DNA of 64,000 nucleotides from a bacterium (GCA_016786595.1 JAEUWB010000006.1:50648-114647), one strand, 5' to 3'. Counted from the first letter of the stretch, positions 29,228-40,203 are shown. The notes: generated from the sequence alone by a model not told the origin. Numbers and translations are program-made.

Positions 29228-32200
29228 CTATGTTCGATTAATTTTAAGAATGCCAAACAATTTGCATAAAGCAGGCAGCACCAGCAATGTCAATAAGGTA
29301 GAGGTAATCACCCCTCCGATTACCACCGTAGCCAGTGGCCTTTGCACTTCAGCGCCTGCGCCGGTTGCTAAGGCCATTGGCAAAAATCCTAACGCTGCCA
29401 CTAATGCTGTCATTAAAACTGGACGAAGTCTGGAAAGCGATCCTTGGGTAATTGCCACAACGAGATCCTCTCCGCGGTCAAATAAATTACGAATCACGGT
29501 TAACATCACCAAACCATTCAAGACTGCTACCCCTGACAAGGCAATAAAGCCTACTGCGGCTGAGACAGACAGCGGTATACCACGCAAGAGCAAGGCAAAA
29601 ACTCCCCCAGACAGTGCTAGCGGAACTCCAGAAAATACCAAAAGCGCCATGCGCAAACTAGCAAATGAATAATAAAGTAATAGCAAGATTAAGCACAACG
29701 TAATTGGAACAACGATTGATAAGCGCTTTTGCGCTGAGATCATTTGCTCAAATTGACCGCCCCAGACCAGCCAGTAACCTACAGGCAGTTTCAGTTTAGC
29801 GTTTAATAGCTCCTGTCCTGACGCAACAAAACTCCCTAAATCACGCTCCCGGACATTTGCGGTCACGACAACGCGACGTTTTCCATTCTCTCGACTAATC
29901 TGATTTGGCCCAGTAGTGAATTTAATTTCAGCAACACTGGAAAGCGGCACAAAAGATCGGAGCGGCTGATCTTCATGGTCAATCGAGACTGCTTGATCAC
30001 TCTGCCAAACTTCAGGAGGAAGCGGGATGGGCAGCCGCGACAAGGCATCAATATTTGAACGAAGATTCTCCGGCAGGCGAACAATGATTTGGAACCTTTG
30101 GTCACCTTGATATAACTCGCCAGCAACTTGTCCACCAATTGCAGCACTGATGGTATCTTGCGCCTGTTTCATATCAATTCCGAAACGGGCTAAACGTTGG
30201 CGACTAAGCTCAATGCTGATCATCGGCAGCCCAGTTACTTGCTCAATCTTCACATCCTGGGCACCGGGAACACTTTCAAGTAGCTGCGCGACCTGCGTGC
30301 CGCTCTGCAAAAGTTCCTCGAGATCCTCACCAAAAACCTTCACCGCAATGTCACTACGCACTCCGGCAATGAGCTCGTTCATGCGCATTTGAATTGGTTG
30401 GGTAAACTCGTAGTTATTACCAGGAATCTCCGCGACAACTTGCTCGACTTGTTCAACAAGCTCAGTTTTCGACTTAGCTGGATTGGGCCATTCACGGCGT
30501 GGTTTCATGATCACAAATCCATCTGCCACGCTCGGTGGCATTGGGTCTGTCGCAATTTCAGCCGTGCCGATTTTAGTAAATGTATGCGAAACTTCGGGTA
30601 TGGTGCGAATGCGTTCTTCTAGAATCTTCTGCATTTCAATCGCTTGCGTCAGCGAAGTGCCCGGAATACGCAGCGCATGCAAGGCCACATCACCTTCATC
30701 TAAGCTCGGAATGAACTCGGTGCCCAGACGTGATGCCACAAGTAAGCTAATCAAAAATAAGGCGGCGGCAACGATGATTACTCTGAGGGGCCGAGCAAGG
30801 GCATGCGTTAATACTCGGGCATAAACCTCGGAGATTTTCGAGATCAGTTTACCCTGCTGATGTTCGGGTGCTTTTTTAATAAAAATCGCAACTGCCGCAG
30901 GAATAAAAGTTAAGGAGAGCAACATTGCCCCAAATAAGGCAATCATCACCGTAATCGCCATGGGGTGAAACATTTTTCCCTCAACTCCAGTCAAGGCTAG
31001 AATTGGTAAATAGACAATCATGATAATCAGCTCACCAAACATCGTCGCCTGTCGAACCTCGATTGAAGCTTCGTAGGTTACGCGCATACGTTCAGTCAAA
31101 CTTAAAGCTCTCCCGAGCTGACGCTGCATTTGCGACAAACGCGTCATGCAGTTTTCTACGATAATTAATGAGCCATCAACGATTAATCCGAAATCTAGCG
31201 CCCCAAGACTCATTAAATTGGCGCTAACTTTAGAGTTGACCATGCCGGTAATCGTAAACAGCATCGACAAGGGTATGACTAAGGCAACAATTAGCGCGGC
31301 TTGAATATTGCCCAGAAATACAAAGAGTACCGCAATGACAAAAGCTGCACCCTCGAATAAATTCTTCTTTACTGTATCAATTGTCTTATCAACCAGCGTG
31401 GTGCGATCGTAGACAGCTTTAATTGTCATACCTTGGGGTAGCGATCTGACAATTGACTTAATTCGCTCTGAAACTTTAGTTGAAACAGTGCGGCTATTTT
31501 CACCGATCAGCATAAAAACGGTTCCGAGCACTACTTCTTGTCCGTTCTCTGTGGCTGCACCCGTCCTTAATTCTTGACCAAGGTCAACAGTTGCGATGTC
31601 CCGCACAAAGACCGGGCGACCTTCACGCGTAGTTACCACTAATGCTTCGATATCCTCGATTGAAGTGATCTGACCAGGTGCTCTGACTAAATATTGCTGG
31701 CCATTTTTCTCGATATACCCAGCACCGACGTTAAGGCTGTTCTCGCTAATCGTCTGCACTAAATCATTCAGGGTCAAGCCTAGTGAGAGTATTTTCTCGA
31801 CACTTGGAGTGACATGGAATTGCTTTTCGTAGCCACCAATCGAATTTACGTCAACAACTCCTGCAACCGTTCGTAGCTGTGGTTTAACAATCCAGTCTTG
31901 AGCGGTTCTTAACTCTGTTGGCGAATGCTCTGGCGTTAGTGGATCCTCATCATTCTCCACAGTGTACATGTAAATTTCACCCAGACCTGTAGCAATTGGC
32001 CCGAGTAGCGGATTAACCCCACTGGGAAGTTTTTCTCTAACTTCCTGAAGTTTTTCCGCAATCAACTGCCGTGCAAAGTAAATGTCAGTCTGATCTTTAA
32101 ACACTACAGTGATTTGCGATAAGCCGTAGCGGGAAAGTGATCGCGTATAATCTAACCTAGGCAGCCCTGCCAGTGCTGTTTCGATCGGAAAAGTCAGCCG

Positions 32201-32389
32201 CGTCTCAACTTCAAATGGCGTGTAGCCTGGAGCCTCTGTATTTACCTGGACTTGAACATTCGTAATATCGGGCACAGCGTCGATAGGCAATTGCTGATAT
32301 TTATATGCTCCTAATACGGCCATGCCTAGAGTTGCGACAAGCACAAGCCAGCGCTGAGCAATAGAAAATCTAATAATCCGCTCAAACAT
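29228..32389 (-). CDS. CusA/CzcA-family heavy-metal RND efflux transporter
   Basis: 1053 aa with a 12-TM RND architecture and a conserved HME-RND N-terminus. Confidence 0.9.
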   Translation of the reverse strand: MFERIIRFSIAQRWLVLVATLGMAVLGAYKYQQLPIDAVPDITNVQVQVNTEAPGYTPFEVETRLTFPIETALAGLPRLDYTRSLSRYGLSQITVVFKDQTDIYFARQLIAEKLQEVREKLPSGVNPLLGPIATGLGEIYMYTVENDEDPLTPEHSPTELRTAQDWIVKPQLRTVAGVVDVNSIGGYEKQFHVTPSVEKILSLGLTLNDLVQTISENSLNVGAGYIEKNGQQYLVRAPGQITSIEDIEALVVTTREGRPVFVRDIATVDLGQELRTGAATENGQEVVLGTVFMLIGENSRTVSTKVSERIKSIVRSLPQGMTIKAVYDRTTLVDKTIDTVKKNLFEGAAFVIAVLFVFLGNIQAALIVALVIPLSMLFTITGMVNSKVSANLMSLGALDFGLIVDGSLIIVENCMTRLSQMQRQLGRALSLTERMRVTYEASIEVRQATMFGELIIMIVYLPILALTGVEGKMFHPMAITVMIALFGAMLLSLTFIPAAVAIFIKKAPEHQQGKLISKISEVYARVLTHALARPLRVIIVAAALFLISLLVASRLGTEFIPSLDEGDVALHALRIPGTSLTQAIEMQKILEERIRTIPEVSHTFTKIGTAEIATDPMPPSVADGFVIMKPRREWPNPAKSKTELVEQVEQVVAEIPGNNYEFTQPIQMRMNELIAGVRSDIAVKVFGEDLEELLQSGTQVAQLLESVPGAQDVKIEQVTGLPMISIELSRQRLARFGIDMKQAQDTISAAIGGQVAGELYQGDQRFQIIVRLPENLRSNIDALSRLPIPLPPEVWQSDQAVSIDHEDQPLRSFVPLSSVAEIKFTTGPNQISRENGKRRVVVTANVRERDLGSFVASGQELLNAKLKLPVGYWLVWGGQFEQMISAQKRLSIVVPITLCLILLLLYYSFASLRMALLVFSGVPLALSGGVFALLLRGIPLSVSAAVGFIALSGVAVLNGLVMLTVIRNLFDRGEDLVVAITQGSLSRLRPVLMTALVAALGFLPMALATGAGAEVQRPLATVVIGGVITSTLLTLLVLPALCKLFGILKINRT

Positions 32390-32400
32390 AAAGCTCTTTC

Positions 32401-33663
32401 CTAGTGGTCGTGACTAGCCTGAGACTTTTCGATCTCAGCTTTAACAATAAAGCTATTCGTGCTGACATAACGATCCCTGGCATTAAGCCCAGCAAGGATT
32501 TCCACAAATTGTAAATCTTTCCTGCCTGTTTTGACCGGCATTGCTTGAAAGACCTCACCGTCAGTTAGAAAGACAACATCCCAATCGCGAAATTTTTGCA
32601 GTGCTTCGCGCTTAACTGCAACTGGAACGTCCTTAAGGTCACTACTCAGAGTCCCCGAAATAAAAAGACCCGGACGTAGGAGCCGATCGTGATTGTCAAT
32701 CACCGCACGAATTAACTTTGACTGTGTAGCCACATCTGTAAAGGGAGAGACATAGCTGACTCGGGCATTTATCGGGGGCAGGTCTTCTCCGGCATGAATT
32801 GAAATTTGCTGTCCCGGCTCAATCGTTGAGAAATCATCACGATAGACCTGGAAGTCCGCCCAAATCTCCGACAAATCAGCAATCACGAAAAGCTCCTTAC
32901 CTTCCGAGACAAATTCGCCGAGCGTTGCATGGCGCTTAACAACTTGCCCCTTAATCAGTGAGCGAATTTCATAAACTTGCAGTGATTGATTGCTTTCAAC
33001 AAGTGCAAGCACTTCATCCTTCTCCACTGTGTCGCCTAAGCGTTTTCTAATCTCTTTAATCACCCCAGGAAAACGCGGCATAATATGCGCTACGCGATCT
33101 TCATTCGGCAATAATCTACCAAAGACTTCTGTCGTAGTATTAATTTTCTCGCTTTGAGCCTGGTCGATTGATAATTTAGCCGCTGCCAACTCTCGCTCTG
33201 AAAATTCAGCGCGCCCTTCATAGCTTGTATACTCCCAGTCGTAGTGCTGACCGGAGTAATTTGCCTCGACTTTGACAACAAACGAGTGTGGTTCCTCAAC
33301 CACCCGATCTGCAGTCAGATAGTTATCTCTCGCAGTGAATTCAAATTTCTCTGGCGCGCGTAGAAAACGTTCTAAAGTTACTTTAGCCGTTACTAGCTTA
33401 GGATCGATTGGCTGTTGATCGTGATAGGCATAAATTCGATACTGCGGCGGAACTTGATCTTCAAAAATTGCTATCTCCAAGGCGAAATCAGCTAATTCGA
33501 GCAGGCGCCCTCCATGAGGTCCCTTTGCTAGTTCTGCTTTGTCCGTATCATGATCGTGAGCATGCCCGTGCTCGTCTCCATGATCATGACCGCCTCCGGC
33601 TAATGCGCTAGGAATAAAAACTGCCCAGAACAAGACTAAAACTGTGCGATAAAATAATTTCAT
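32401..33663 (-). CDS. CusB/CzcB-family membrane fusion (periplasmic adaptor) protein with a His-rich N-terminus
   Basis: GGGHDHGDEHGHAHDHD metal-binding tract; biotinyl-lipoyl and beta-barrel adaptor pattern. Confidence 0.85.
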   Translation of the reverse strand: MKLFYRTVLVLFWAVFIPSALAGGGHDHGDEHGHAHDHDTDKAELAKGPHGGRLLELADFALEIAIFEDQVPPQYRIYAYHDQQPIDPKLVTAKVTLERFLRAPEKFEFTARDNYLTADRVVEEPHSFVVKVEANYSGQHYDWEYTSYEGRAEFSERELAAAKLSIDQAQSEKINTTTEVFGRLLPNEDRVAHIMPRFPGVIKEIRKRLGDTVEKDEVLALVESNQSLQVYEIRSLIKGQVVKRHATLGEFVSEGKELFVIADLSEIWADFQVYRDDFSTIEPGQQISIHAGEDLPPINARVSYVSPFTDVATQSKLIRAVIDNHDRLLRPGLFISGTLSSDLKDVPVAVKREALQKFRDWDVVFLTDGEVFQAMPVKTGRKDLQFVEILAGLNARDRYVSTNSFIVKAEIEKSQASHDH

Positions 33664-33675
33664 AAATCCAGACCT

Positions 33676-34905
33676 CTAAATCTCTTTCCCAGTCATAATC
33701 GAAAGCTCTACGCGCTCAGACAAAGACTTGATGACCAGTTGAAGATACATATCTTGCGCTGCGCGAAGTTCAATTAAATTTTGCAATACCTGTTGCGGGT
33801 TTCCTTGCCCCGCCCTTAATTCATCAGTAGCTGCTTTGAGCGCAGCTTCTAGTGCCGGCAGCACTTTTTCTTTGTATAGTTTTGCTTGCTGAGTGGAAGC
33901 TTCGAGTGCCCTGAACACCAAGCTGACTTCTGCGTGGAAATTACCTTGATCAATCTGCTGAACTTCTGACTCGTGGAATTCCTCTTCGGCTTTGCTCTTT
34001 AACTTCGCTGCTTGATTGCGATCAAAAATCGGCAGATCTATTTGCAAGCCGAAATTAATGCGGTCGTCACCGTCAGCTGTATGTTCAAAGGCAATTTTTG
34101 GCGCAAACTTTGGGAAAGCATCAAGCGCAGCAAGTTCGCGCTGGGTAGCTGCAATTTTAAGCCGAAGTTTTTTCGCATCAGCCAGCGGAAGGTTTGCAGT
34201 GTCTAGACCGCCATCTAGATCGGGAAGTGGCGGCAGGTTGATGGATTTTAACAATCTTGTTTTATAATCAACGCCACTGCGCTTGATCAGTTCTGCTTTG
34301 GCGCGGTTACGATCTGCTGTGATGCCAATTAATTCAGCGTTTTGTTTTTCAATTTCGGCTAGGAATAATTGGGAAATCGAGCCAGGAAGGAGGCCTTGCA
34401 GATTGGCACGTTGAATAATCTCCGCAAGGCTTCGCGTGCGAGCAACTAAGTCCTGTGCGAGTTTTTCCTTTTCTTGCAGGGCCCAAGCTTTGGCATAAAT
34501 CAGTTGAAGATTTCCGCTAAACTCTAATAGTTCAAGCTTATTACTGAGCACTGTAGATTTTTCAATTAACTCACTGAGTCGCTGGCGAACTCCAAATGAT
34601 GACAAGCGTAAGGGCTGAGTCAGGCTAATTTCATATTCATCATCAAGATTATTTTCCTGAGTAGTATATTGACGAAATTCTCCAGCCAGCTCAGGGTTAC
34701 TAAGCGTTTTTAACTGAACTGCTTCAGCTTTTGTGGCTGCACTTTGCGCTGCGATTGCCTTGACAAAAGTACTGCTTTCAAGGGCTGTTTCAAGAACTTC
34801 TTCGTAAGCAATCTCTGCTGGTGCGCCTAGCGCTGCTTGGGCCGTAAAATCCAATAATAAGAGCATGCCGAAAATCGACAAGTGAATAAATGCTGCCTTT
34901 TTCAT
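33676..34905 (-). CDS. TolC-family outer-membrane efflux protein (CzcC/CusC-like)
   Basis: 409 aa, signal peptide, coiled-coil rich; first gene of the C-B-A efflux operon. Confidence 0.8.
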   Translation of the reverse strand: MKKAAFIHLSIFGMLLLLDFTAQAALGAPAEIAYEEVLETALESSTFVKAIAAQSAATKAEAVQLKTLSNPELAGEFRQYTTQENNLDDEYEISLTQPLRLSSFGVRQRLSELIEKSTVLSNKLELLEFSGNLQLIYAKAWALQEKEKLAQDLVARTRSLAEIIQRANLQGLLPGSISQLFLAEIEKQNAELIGITADRNRAKAELIKRSGVDYKTRLLKSINLPPLPDLDGGLDTANLPLADAKKLRLKIAATQRELAALDAFPKFAPKIAFEHTADGDDRINFGLQIDLPIFDRNQAAKLKSKAEEEFHESEVQQIDQGNFHAEVSLVFRALEASTQQAKLYKEKVLPALEAALKAATDELRAGQGNPQQVLQNLIELRAAQDMYLQLVIKSLSERVELSIMTGKEI

Positions 34906-35020
34906 ATTTTTTCCGTGCTAGAAACAATAAGAACTACATAATTTAGTTCTCAAACGCTTTCCGAAAATTTTGTCAGCTTGGAGCAAGCGCGTAAGAACGA
35001 GCGGGTATGCCAACCCAGAG

Positions 35021-35413
35021 TTAGATCGATTGCGGGGGAGAATTGGGACTAATCAGGCTGATTAATAAATGATCATGTTCGCGTTTGTATGAAACAACCA
35101 AACGCTTGAACGCTGGTGAAGTATCTCGGGTGATTCCTTGCAAGATTTCTTGTAGGAATTGCGTGCCCGCAAATAATAGCTGTGACTCAAGCTGCTTAGC
35201 ACTTTTCAAGCCATAGCTGATTGCAATATCAGACACTTCACATGCAGTGCCAGAGTCATGCGGATCTTCAACCGGCTCGGCTGAATTCTCTTGGTGGTGG
35301 TGATGAGTACGGTTATGGGTCTCTTCAATTACATAACACCCAGCGAGGCAATCACTGATGGCAAAAAGCCAAATTACTAAAACAAAAAGTTTAATAAATT
35401 TATTTGAGCGCAT
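35021..35413 (-). CDS. Small secreted His-rich protein (HNRTHHHHQENS), possible metal-binding accessory protein of the efflux operon
   Basis: Signal peptide plus a His tract; sits upstream of the OMF gene. Confidence 0.4.
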   Translation of the reverse strand: MRSNKFIKLFVLVIWLFAISDCLAGCYVIEETHNRTHHHHQENSAEPVEDPHDSGTACEVSDIAISYGLKSAKQLESQLLFAGTQFLQEILQGITRDTSPAFKRLVVSYKREHDHLLISLISPNSPPQSI

Positions 35414-35493
35414 CTTCGTATGATCATCAGTCTACAACTTCAATCAACTGTTAACAAGAAATGAATTAACAATCTAGATTTATTCAGCAATTG

Positions 35494-36543
35494 CTAGTAG
35501 CTCAATAATTTCTCAATAATATGCTGCCAAGTGCTATTGAAAGCTTGGCCGGAAGTCTTCGCGCCTTCACAAAGTTTAGTATATAAACTTGCGTCACTGA
35601 CCAGGCGGTTAATTCCTCGTGAAATTCCCTCTTCAGTTGGGTCACAGACCAGTCCATTTTCCTCGTGACGTACAAATTCTAAAACGCCACCACTATCGAG
35701 CGCCGTAATCACGGGCTTGCCACTCGCCAATGTTTCTAAAGTGACATAACCATAATCTTCATCATACGGTGCATAGTAGACAGCATAGGACCGGGCATAA
35801 AGCTCCAGAAGTTCTTGATCGGAAACCCGCCCCAGAAAATCAACACGACTTTGCATGTTATAAAGATCGAGTAAATCTTGAAAATGCTGTTCAATCCCCG
35901 GTTCATCTGGCGTGCCCACGATCTTAAGTCGTAGCTTATCTTGCACCCTCGAGAGGGATTTAATCATCAGGTCCACGCGCTTAATACTACAGAGTCTGCC
36001 AACTGAAAGAATATAACCTTCTTCGGGTGCATTCTGATAACGACCAGCAAGCGGTAACGGGGGCAAAAGCGGCGCACTTTCGATATTTAAGTAGCGCTTA
36101 AGGCGCTTACTCACATTCGTAGAAATCGTATAGCGATTCTTACACTCTTCAAGCGCTCTCGTATCTGCTTCCATGAGCATTTGTCGCAAGGCTTCATCGC
36201 GAGCCTCGGAACAAAAATCCCCAAAGCGCGTCTGATAAAGATCATACATTTGCCGATGCTGATGAATCAGCCACAAGCTTTTGCGTGGATGCTTGACGAC
36301 ATAGGACGGAAACTTAGTTGGGATTACGAGATCAACTTCTTTCCCACCAAAGCTGCGTAGATCAAGCGAGCGCCAGAGTGCCACACTTTTCAAGAGATCT
36401 TCCTTAGGGTCAGCAAAAAATGGCAGTTGCACTAGCTCCGTATTATGGCCCGCAGCCTTCAGTGCCTTAACCAGCCCATCAACGAGCACTTCCGCACCAC
36501 CACGCGAAAAAGGAACTTGCACTGCTGTAACGATAATATTCAT
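35494..36543 (-). CDS. Glycosyltransferase family 4 (GT-B fold)
   Basis: Conserved E-x7-E GT4 motif region near the C-terminus (...YDEDYGYVTLETLASGKPVI...). Confidence 0.75.
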   Translation of the reverse strand: MNIIVTAVQVPFSRGGAEVLVDGLVKALKAAGHNTELVQLPFFADPKEDLLKSVALWRSLDLRSFGGKEVDLVIPTKFPSYVVKHPRKSLWLIHQHRQMYDLYQTRFGDFCSEARDEALRQMLMEADTRALEECKNRYTISTNVSKRLKRYLNIESAPLLPPLPLAGRYQNAPEEGYILSVGRLCSIKRVDLMIKSLSRVQDKLRLKIVGTPDEPGIEQHFQDLLDLYNMQSRVDFLGRVSDQELLELYARSYAVYYAPYDEDYGYVTLETLASGKPVITALDSGGVLEFVRHEENGLVCDPTEEGISRGINRLVSDASLYTKLCEGAKTSGQAFNSTWQHIIEKLLSY

Positions 36544-36546
36544 CAG

Positions 36547-37932
36547 TTATTTTTTAACTACAATTGCAAAATCTTGAAAACCGTAGAGCTGCTTGTTTAA
36601 ACGGCGCAGGTTTTCGTTCAATTGATCAATTGCTTCCATAAAACGCGCTGGCAAATATTCTTCGAGGATTAATTCTTTAAGCATTGCCTCTTTGGGGTAA
36701 GGCGAACTGTAGAGAATTTGTTCGGGATTAAAACCTTTAATCTCTGCCATGAACTTCAAAGTTTCAGGGTGCAGTGGCCAAATATGTGTCGGGTCGCGGA
36801 AAAAATTCGAGGCCAAGGCAGTAAAGGACTCTGGATTAATTGTTTCCAGAATTAAGCGCGCTCCAGGCTTTAACTTCGCGTGCGCAAGTTCAAAAAACTT
36901 TTCTAACACTTTTCGCGGTAGGTGTTCGACTAATTGTGCAGCAAAAATTCCACCTGCAGAGTTGTTGGGTAGCTGTTCCAAGAACTTGATGCAATCCAGC
37001 GTAACTACATTTAAGCCCTTGGTTTTACAGATTTCTGTCATCGCTGGATTGAGATCGATGCCAATTGCCGGAATACCGCTGGCCTTAAGTAACTCTAAAA
37101 ATTCCCCGCGCCCACAGCCAAATTCAAGAACTTCAGCGGTAGCGTTACTAAAAAAATGTAAATATTCGCGCATCCTCTCGCGAATTAGATGCTCTGAACC
37201 GCGATAACGATCTTCAAGCACAAGATATTCTAAGTCAGACGGCTCAAAGCTTGTCGGCTGATCTTGACCTTGCTGAAGCATTGCAGCTGGAGTCTCGGAA
37301 GTATTTATTTTAGCACGTGCAATCATCAGCGTTGTGCGTTCGAGGGCATGTAATTCATCCCGTAAGCCTTCAATCCGGTCTTCAAAAACACGCAGGCTTT
37401 CCGTACGCACCAGCTCACGGCCAAGTGAGCGCATCTCTCCATGCAGCCGCTCCAAATCTTCACGCAGTAGCTGGTTCACGTCACGATCAATTTTCTGAAT
37501 AATTCTGGTCCAGACATCGGTATCCCGAGCATCGATATAGCGCGCAGTTTGATTGAGAAAGCGTACTAGATTCGACTGGAATTTACGCTCGCGCTCAAAA
37601 TACTCTCCCAGCACAGTGTTCCAGATCATATTAACGAAAAATTTCTTGAACTTTACAATCAGCCGACCAATGATTGGTCGATGCGATGAAATTTCTGACG
37701 GCACGGCCCAGTCATGCCAATGCGAATTGAGGTAATTTAACTCTTCACTTAAGATTACTGGATTATTCGCAGCCCGATTCTGCGACAATTGAATTGTTGG
37801 TGCAGCTGTTGGAAGTTGCTCTAAATCGCGCTTAATTTTTTCACGAATCTCTGCCATTAATGCTTCTACATTAACCGACGGTGTCGTGGGTTTCCGATCT
37901 TGCTCAGTATTATCTTTAACAGCTGCTTGCAT
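36547..37932 (-). CDS. Class-I SAM-dependent methyltransferase with a ~250-aa N-terminal coiled-coil region
   Basis: VLEFGCGRGEF motif I; overlaps the downstream GT4 gene by 4 nt. Confidence 0.7.
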   Translation of the reverse strand: MQAAVKDNTEQDRKPTTPSVNVEALMAEIREKIKRDLEQLPTAAPTIQLSQNRAANNPVILSEELNYLNSHWHDWAVPSEISSHRPIIGRLIVKFKKFFVNMIWNTVLGEYFERERKFQSNLVRFLNQTARYIDARDTDVWTRIIQKIDRDVNQLLREDLERLHGEMRSLGRELVRTESLRVFEDRIEGLRDELHALERTTLMIARAKINTSETPAAMLQQGQDQPTSFEPSDLEYLVLEDRYRGSEHLIRERMREYLHFFSNATAEVLEFGCGRGEFLELLKASGIPAIGIDLNPAMTEICKTKGLNVVTLDCIKFLEQLPNNSAGGIFAAQLVEHLPRKVLEKFFELAHAKLKPGARLILETINPESFTALASNFFRDPTHIWPLHPETLKFMAEIKGFNPEQILYSSPYPKEAMLKELILEEYLPARFMEAIDQLNENLRRLNKQLYGFQDFAIVVKK

Positions 37933-37983
37933 AGGCCCACACTAATAAGCTATAAAACGGTCAATTTCAATATCGCCAAGCTT

Positions 37984-38373
37984 ATGGATAATCTTTCCAG
38001 TAAAACCCTCGAGATCGCACGTAGAAACTTAGCTACGAGGCTAGCCCAGCACCCGTCATACACGAACCAGGAGATTCAAAGGGTGACAGAGCTTGAGCAC
38101 AAAAGTTTGTCCGGAAACGCCGCGCTGACGAGCGACGCGATTGACTTGCTACGAGCACTATCGAATCACGCTCAAGTTACAATTAAACCTGAAAATGATT
38201 TCAAATCTCACCGTAAATTGATTGGACCGCTAATCAGTTTCGCAAAAAAACTAAGCTTTCCACTGGTCAATTGCCACGTAAAAAAGAGCCTGACTACGCA
38301 GCAAGAGTTCAACCAAACCGTGGTTGAAGCTCTAGCAAAAATAGTTTCCAACCAAACTAGCGACAAGCGCTAG
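37984..38373 (+). CDS. Hypothetical protein (about 130 aa)
   Basis: ORF only; start uncertain (37900 or 37984). Confidence 0.3.
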   Translation: MDNLSSKTLEIARRNLATRLAQHPSYTNQEIQRVTELEHKSLSGNAALTSDAIDLLRALSNHAQVTIKPENDFKSHRKLIGPLISFAKKLSFPLVNCHVKKSLTTQQEFNQTVVEALAKIVSNQTSDKR

Positions 38374-38942
38374 AAAGAAGTTAGTAAGTTCAACAATTTA
38401 CCGTCAGCAGCCACTTGTTGCAGTGCTTGACTCATAGAAATCTGCAAGGCTTCGCGCACTTGAGCGTCCTCAATTTTTGGATTCTTAACGTTAGAAGAGC
38501 CACGATATGTGCCAATATACATTGCCTTGTTAGTTGGGTCTAAGATTGTGAGCTTAATTTCCGCAGCACTACTCACCGTGCGCATTGCCATTCCCGAACT
38601 TAATTCGGCAGTCCAATTCACAAGCTCAGCACGAATTACAATCGGCGCACCCTCAGTAACAGAAAAACCTTTATCGCTTAAGACGCGCTTTAAGGCCTGC
38701 TCAACTACCTGAGTGGCGCTACCCTCTGCTGTCACTTCAGAAGATCCACGCAACATTAAGACTGGACTTGTGCGCGCATCGCCCACTTGCTCAAGATAGA
38801 CTTCGTTGTCTTGGAGCGACGAATCACGCGTGACACTTATCCCTGCAATCTCTGGCAAGGCAATCTTCTGGCCAATGCGTGCAGAACCGCAAGCACTAAA
38901 AATTAATAGTAAGGTAATTGTTAGAATTAAACGAAAACGCAT
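38370..38942 (-). CDS. Hypothetical lipoprotein
   Basis: MRFRLILTITLLLIFSACG lipobox; ATG at 38942 preferred. Confidence 0.5.
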   Translation of the reverse strand: MRFRLILTITLLLIFSACGSARIGQKIALPEIAGISVTRDSSLQDNEVYLEQVGDARTSPVLMLRGSSEVTAEGSATQVVEQALKRVLSDKGFSVTEGAPIVIRAELVNWTAELSSGMAMRTVSSAAEIKLTILDPTNKAMYIGTYRGSSNVKNPKIEDAQVREALQISMSQALQQVAADGKLLNLLTSF

Positions 38943-39016
38943 AAAGTCTCCATCGCACAAGGCTAGTTTTAAGAGTCTGTCGCGAAACTAAATTTCGCGA
39001 CAGCCCCCTGAAAAAA

Positions 39017-40180
39017 CTAGCATGACTCAGTTTCTGGCGAAAGGGTCTGAAGTAACTGCTCGACCCGTTGTTTTTTGGACCGTTCTAAGCTGGGAAGTAG
39101 CTGATTCAGTGTCAACCGCGCTTGCTGGCAAATTAGCTGATCATTTTCAATGCTGACTAACTTTAAAATGTCATCTGTAGCATCAAGATAATTTGTGTTT
39201 GCAACTACAGCTAGTGCATTGCGAATTAAGCCACTGCGCTTGGTGCGAAGTAATGGCGTATCTTTAAACTTAGCATTAAACTCTGCGGCACTCTCCAAGG
39301 CTAAAACCTCCTTCAGCGAGAGATACGGCCCAGTTCCAAATTCAGGTTTGAGCTCTTTAAGCATGATCTCTTGCTCAGTGTGATTAAATGGGCACACTTC
39401 TTGGCAAACATCACAGCCGAAAATCCAGTCTCCGATGGCCCGGGATTCCCACTCCAGAAAAGCACTCCGCTTCTCGATCGTCAGATAAGAGATACACTTT
39501 CGCGCATCAAGCCTCCCGTCTTTTTGAATTGCCGTTGTCGGACAACTTTCGATGCAGCTTTGGCATCTTCCACAACCAGCTCCAGGCTCCGCCGACACTG
39601 GCAACTTCAGATTGCTTGTCGATGCTGCAATCTCAACTTCACGATCAAGTAAGATTTCACCGAGCAAAGCAAAGGACCCAATCCCTGGGCGAATCAGCAA
39701 AGTATGTCGACCAATAAATCCAAGCTTTGAGGTCTGTGCGATAACTCGTTCTAGGAGTGGCACTGCATCAGTAAAAACTCGGCCAGAAAGCCCTGGAAAT
39801 TCTCGCTGCATATCGCCAAGTAGCGTAACGAGCTTTTCACGTAAACACAGGTGATAGTCTTTGCCCCAAGCATAGCGCGCAACACGCCCAAACCCAGGAC
39901 GTGAAGGAAATTCCTGAATACTATTATAGGGCACGAAACAGGATAGAATTGAACGGATGCCAGGCAAGTAGCGATTTAACTCGGTTGCTAAGCTTGGGTC
40001 GCGCGCGAGATATTGCATTTCGCCGGCATAACCGCGCGCTTGAAATTCTTCGAGATAGGAGCGATTTAGCGACAATGCCTCTTGAGCGGAATCGACCGCA
40101 ACGATTCCAGAGATCTGGAGGCCACGACTCGCCGCAAGGGTTTTGATGTTGGTTTCAGGAATGATTCTCATACCACACAT
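39017..40180 (-). CDS. queG: Epoxyqueuosine reductase (tRNA queuosine biosynthesis; 4Fe-4S)
   Basis: Two ferredoxin-type cysteine clusters (CGRCQSCIESCP, CDVCQEVCPFN) plus C-terminal HEAT-like repeats. Confidence 0.8.
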   Translation of the reverse strand: MCGMRIIPETNIKTLAASRGLQISGIVAVDSAQEALSLNRSYLEEFQARGYAGEMQYLARDPSLATELNRYLPGIRSILSCFVPYNSIQEFPSRPGFGRVARYAWGKDYHLCLREKLVTLLGDMQREFPGLSGRVFTDAVPLLERVIAQTSKLGFIGRHTLLIRPGIGSFALLGEILLDREVEIAASTSNLKLPVSAEPGAGCGRCQSCIESCPTTAIQKDGRLDARKCISYLTIEKRSAFLEWESRAIGDWIFGCDVCQEVCPFNHTEQEIMLKELKPEFGTGPYLSLKEVLALESAAEFNAKFKDTPLLRTKRSGLIRNALAVVANTNYLDATDDILKLVSIENDQLICQQARLTLNQLLPSLERSKKQRVEQLLQTLSPETESC

Positions 40181-40203
40181 GGCGTATCTGAAAACGCGAT
40201 TTG

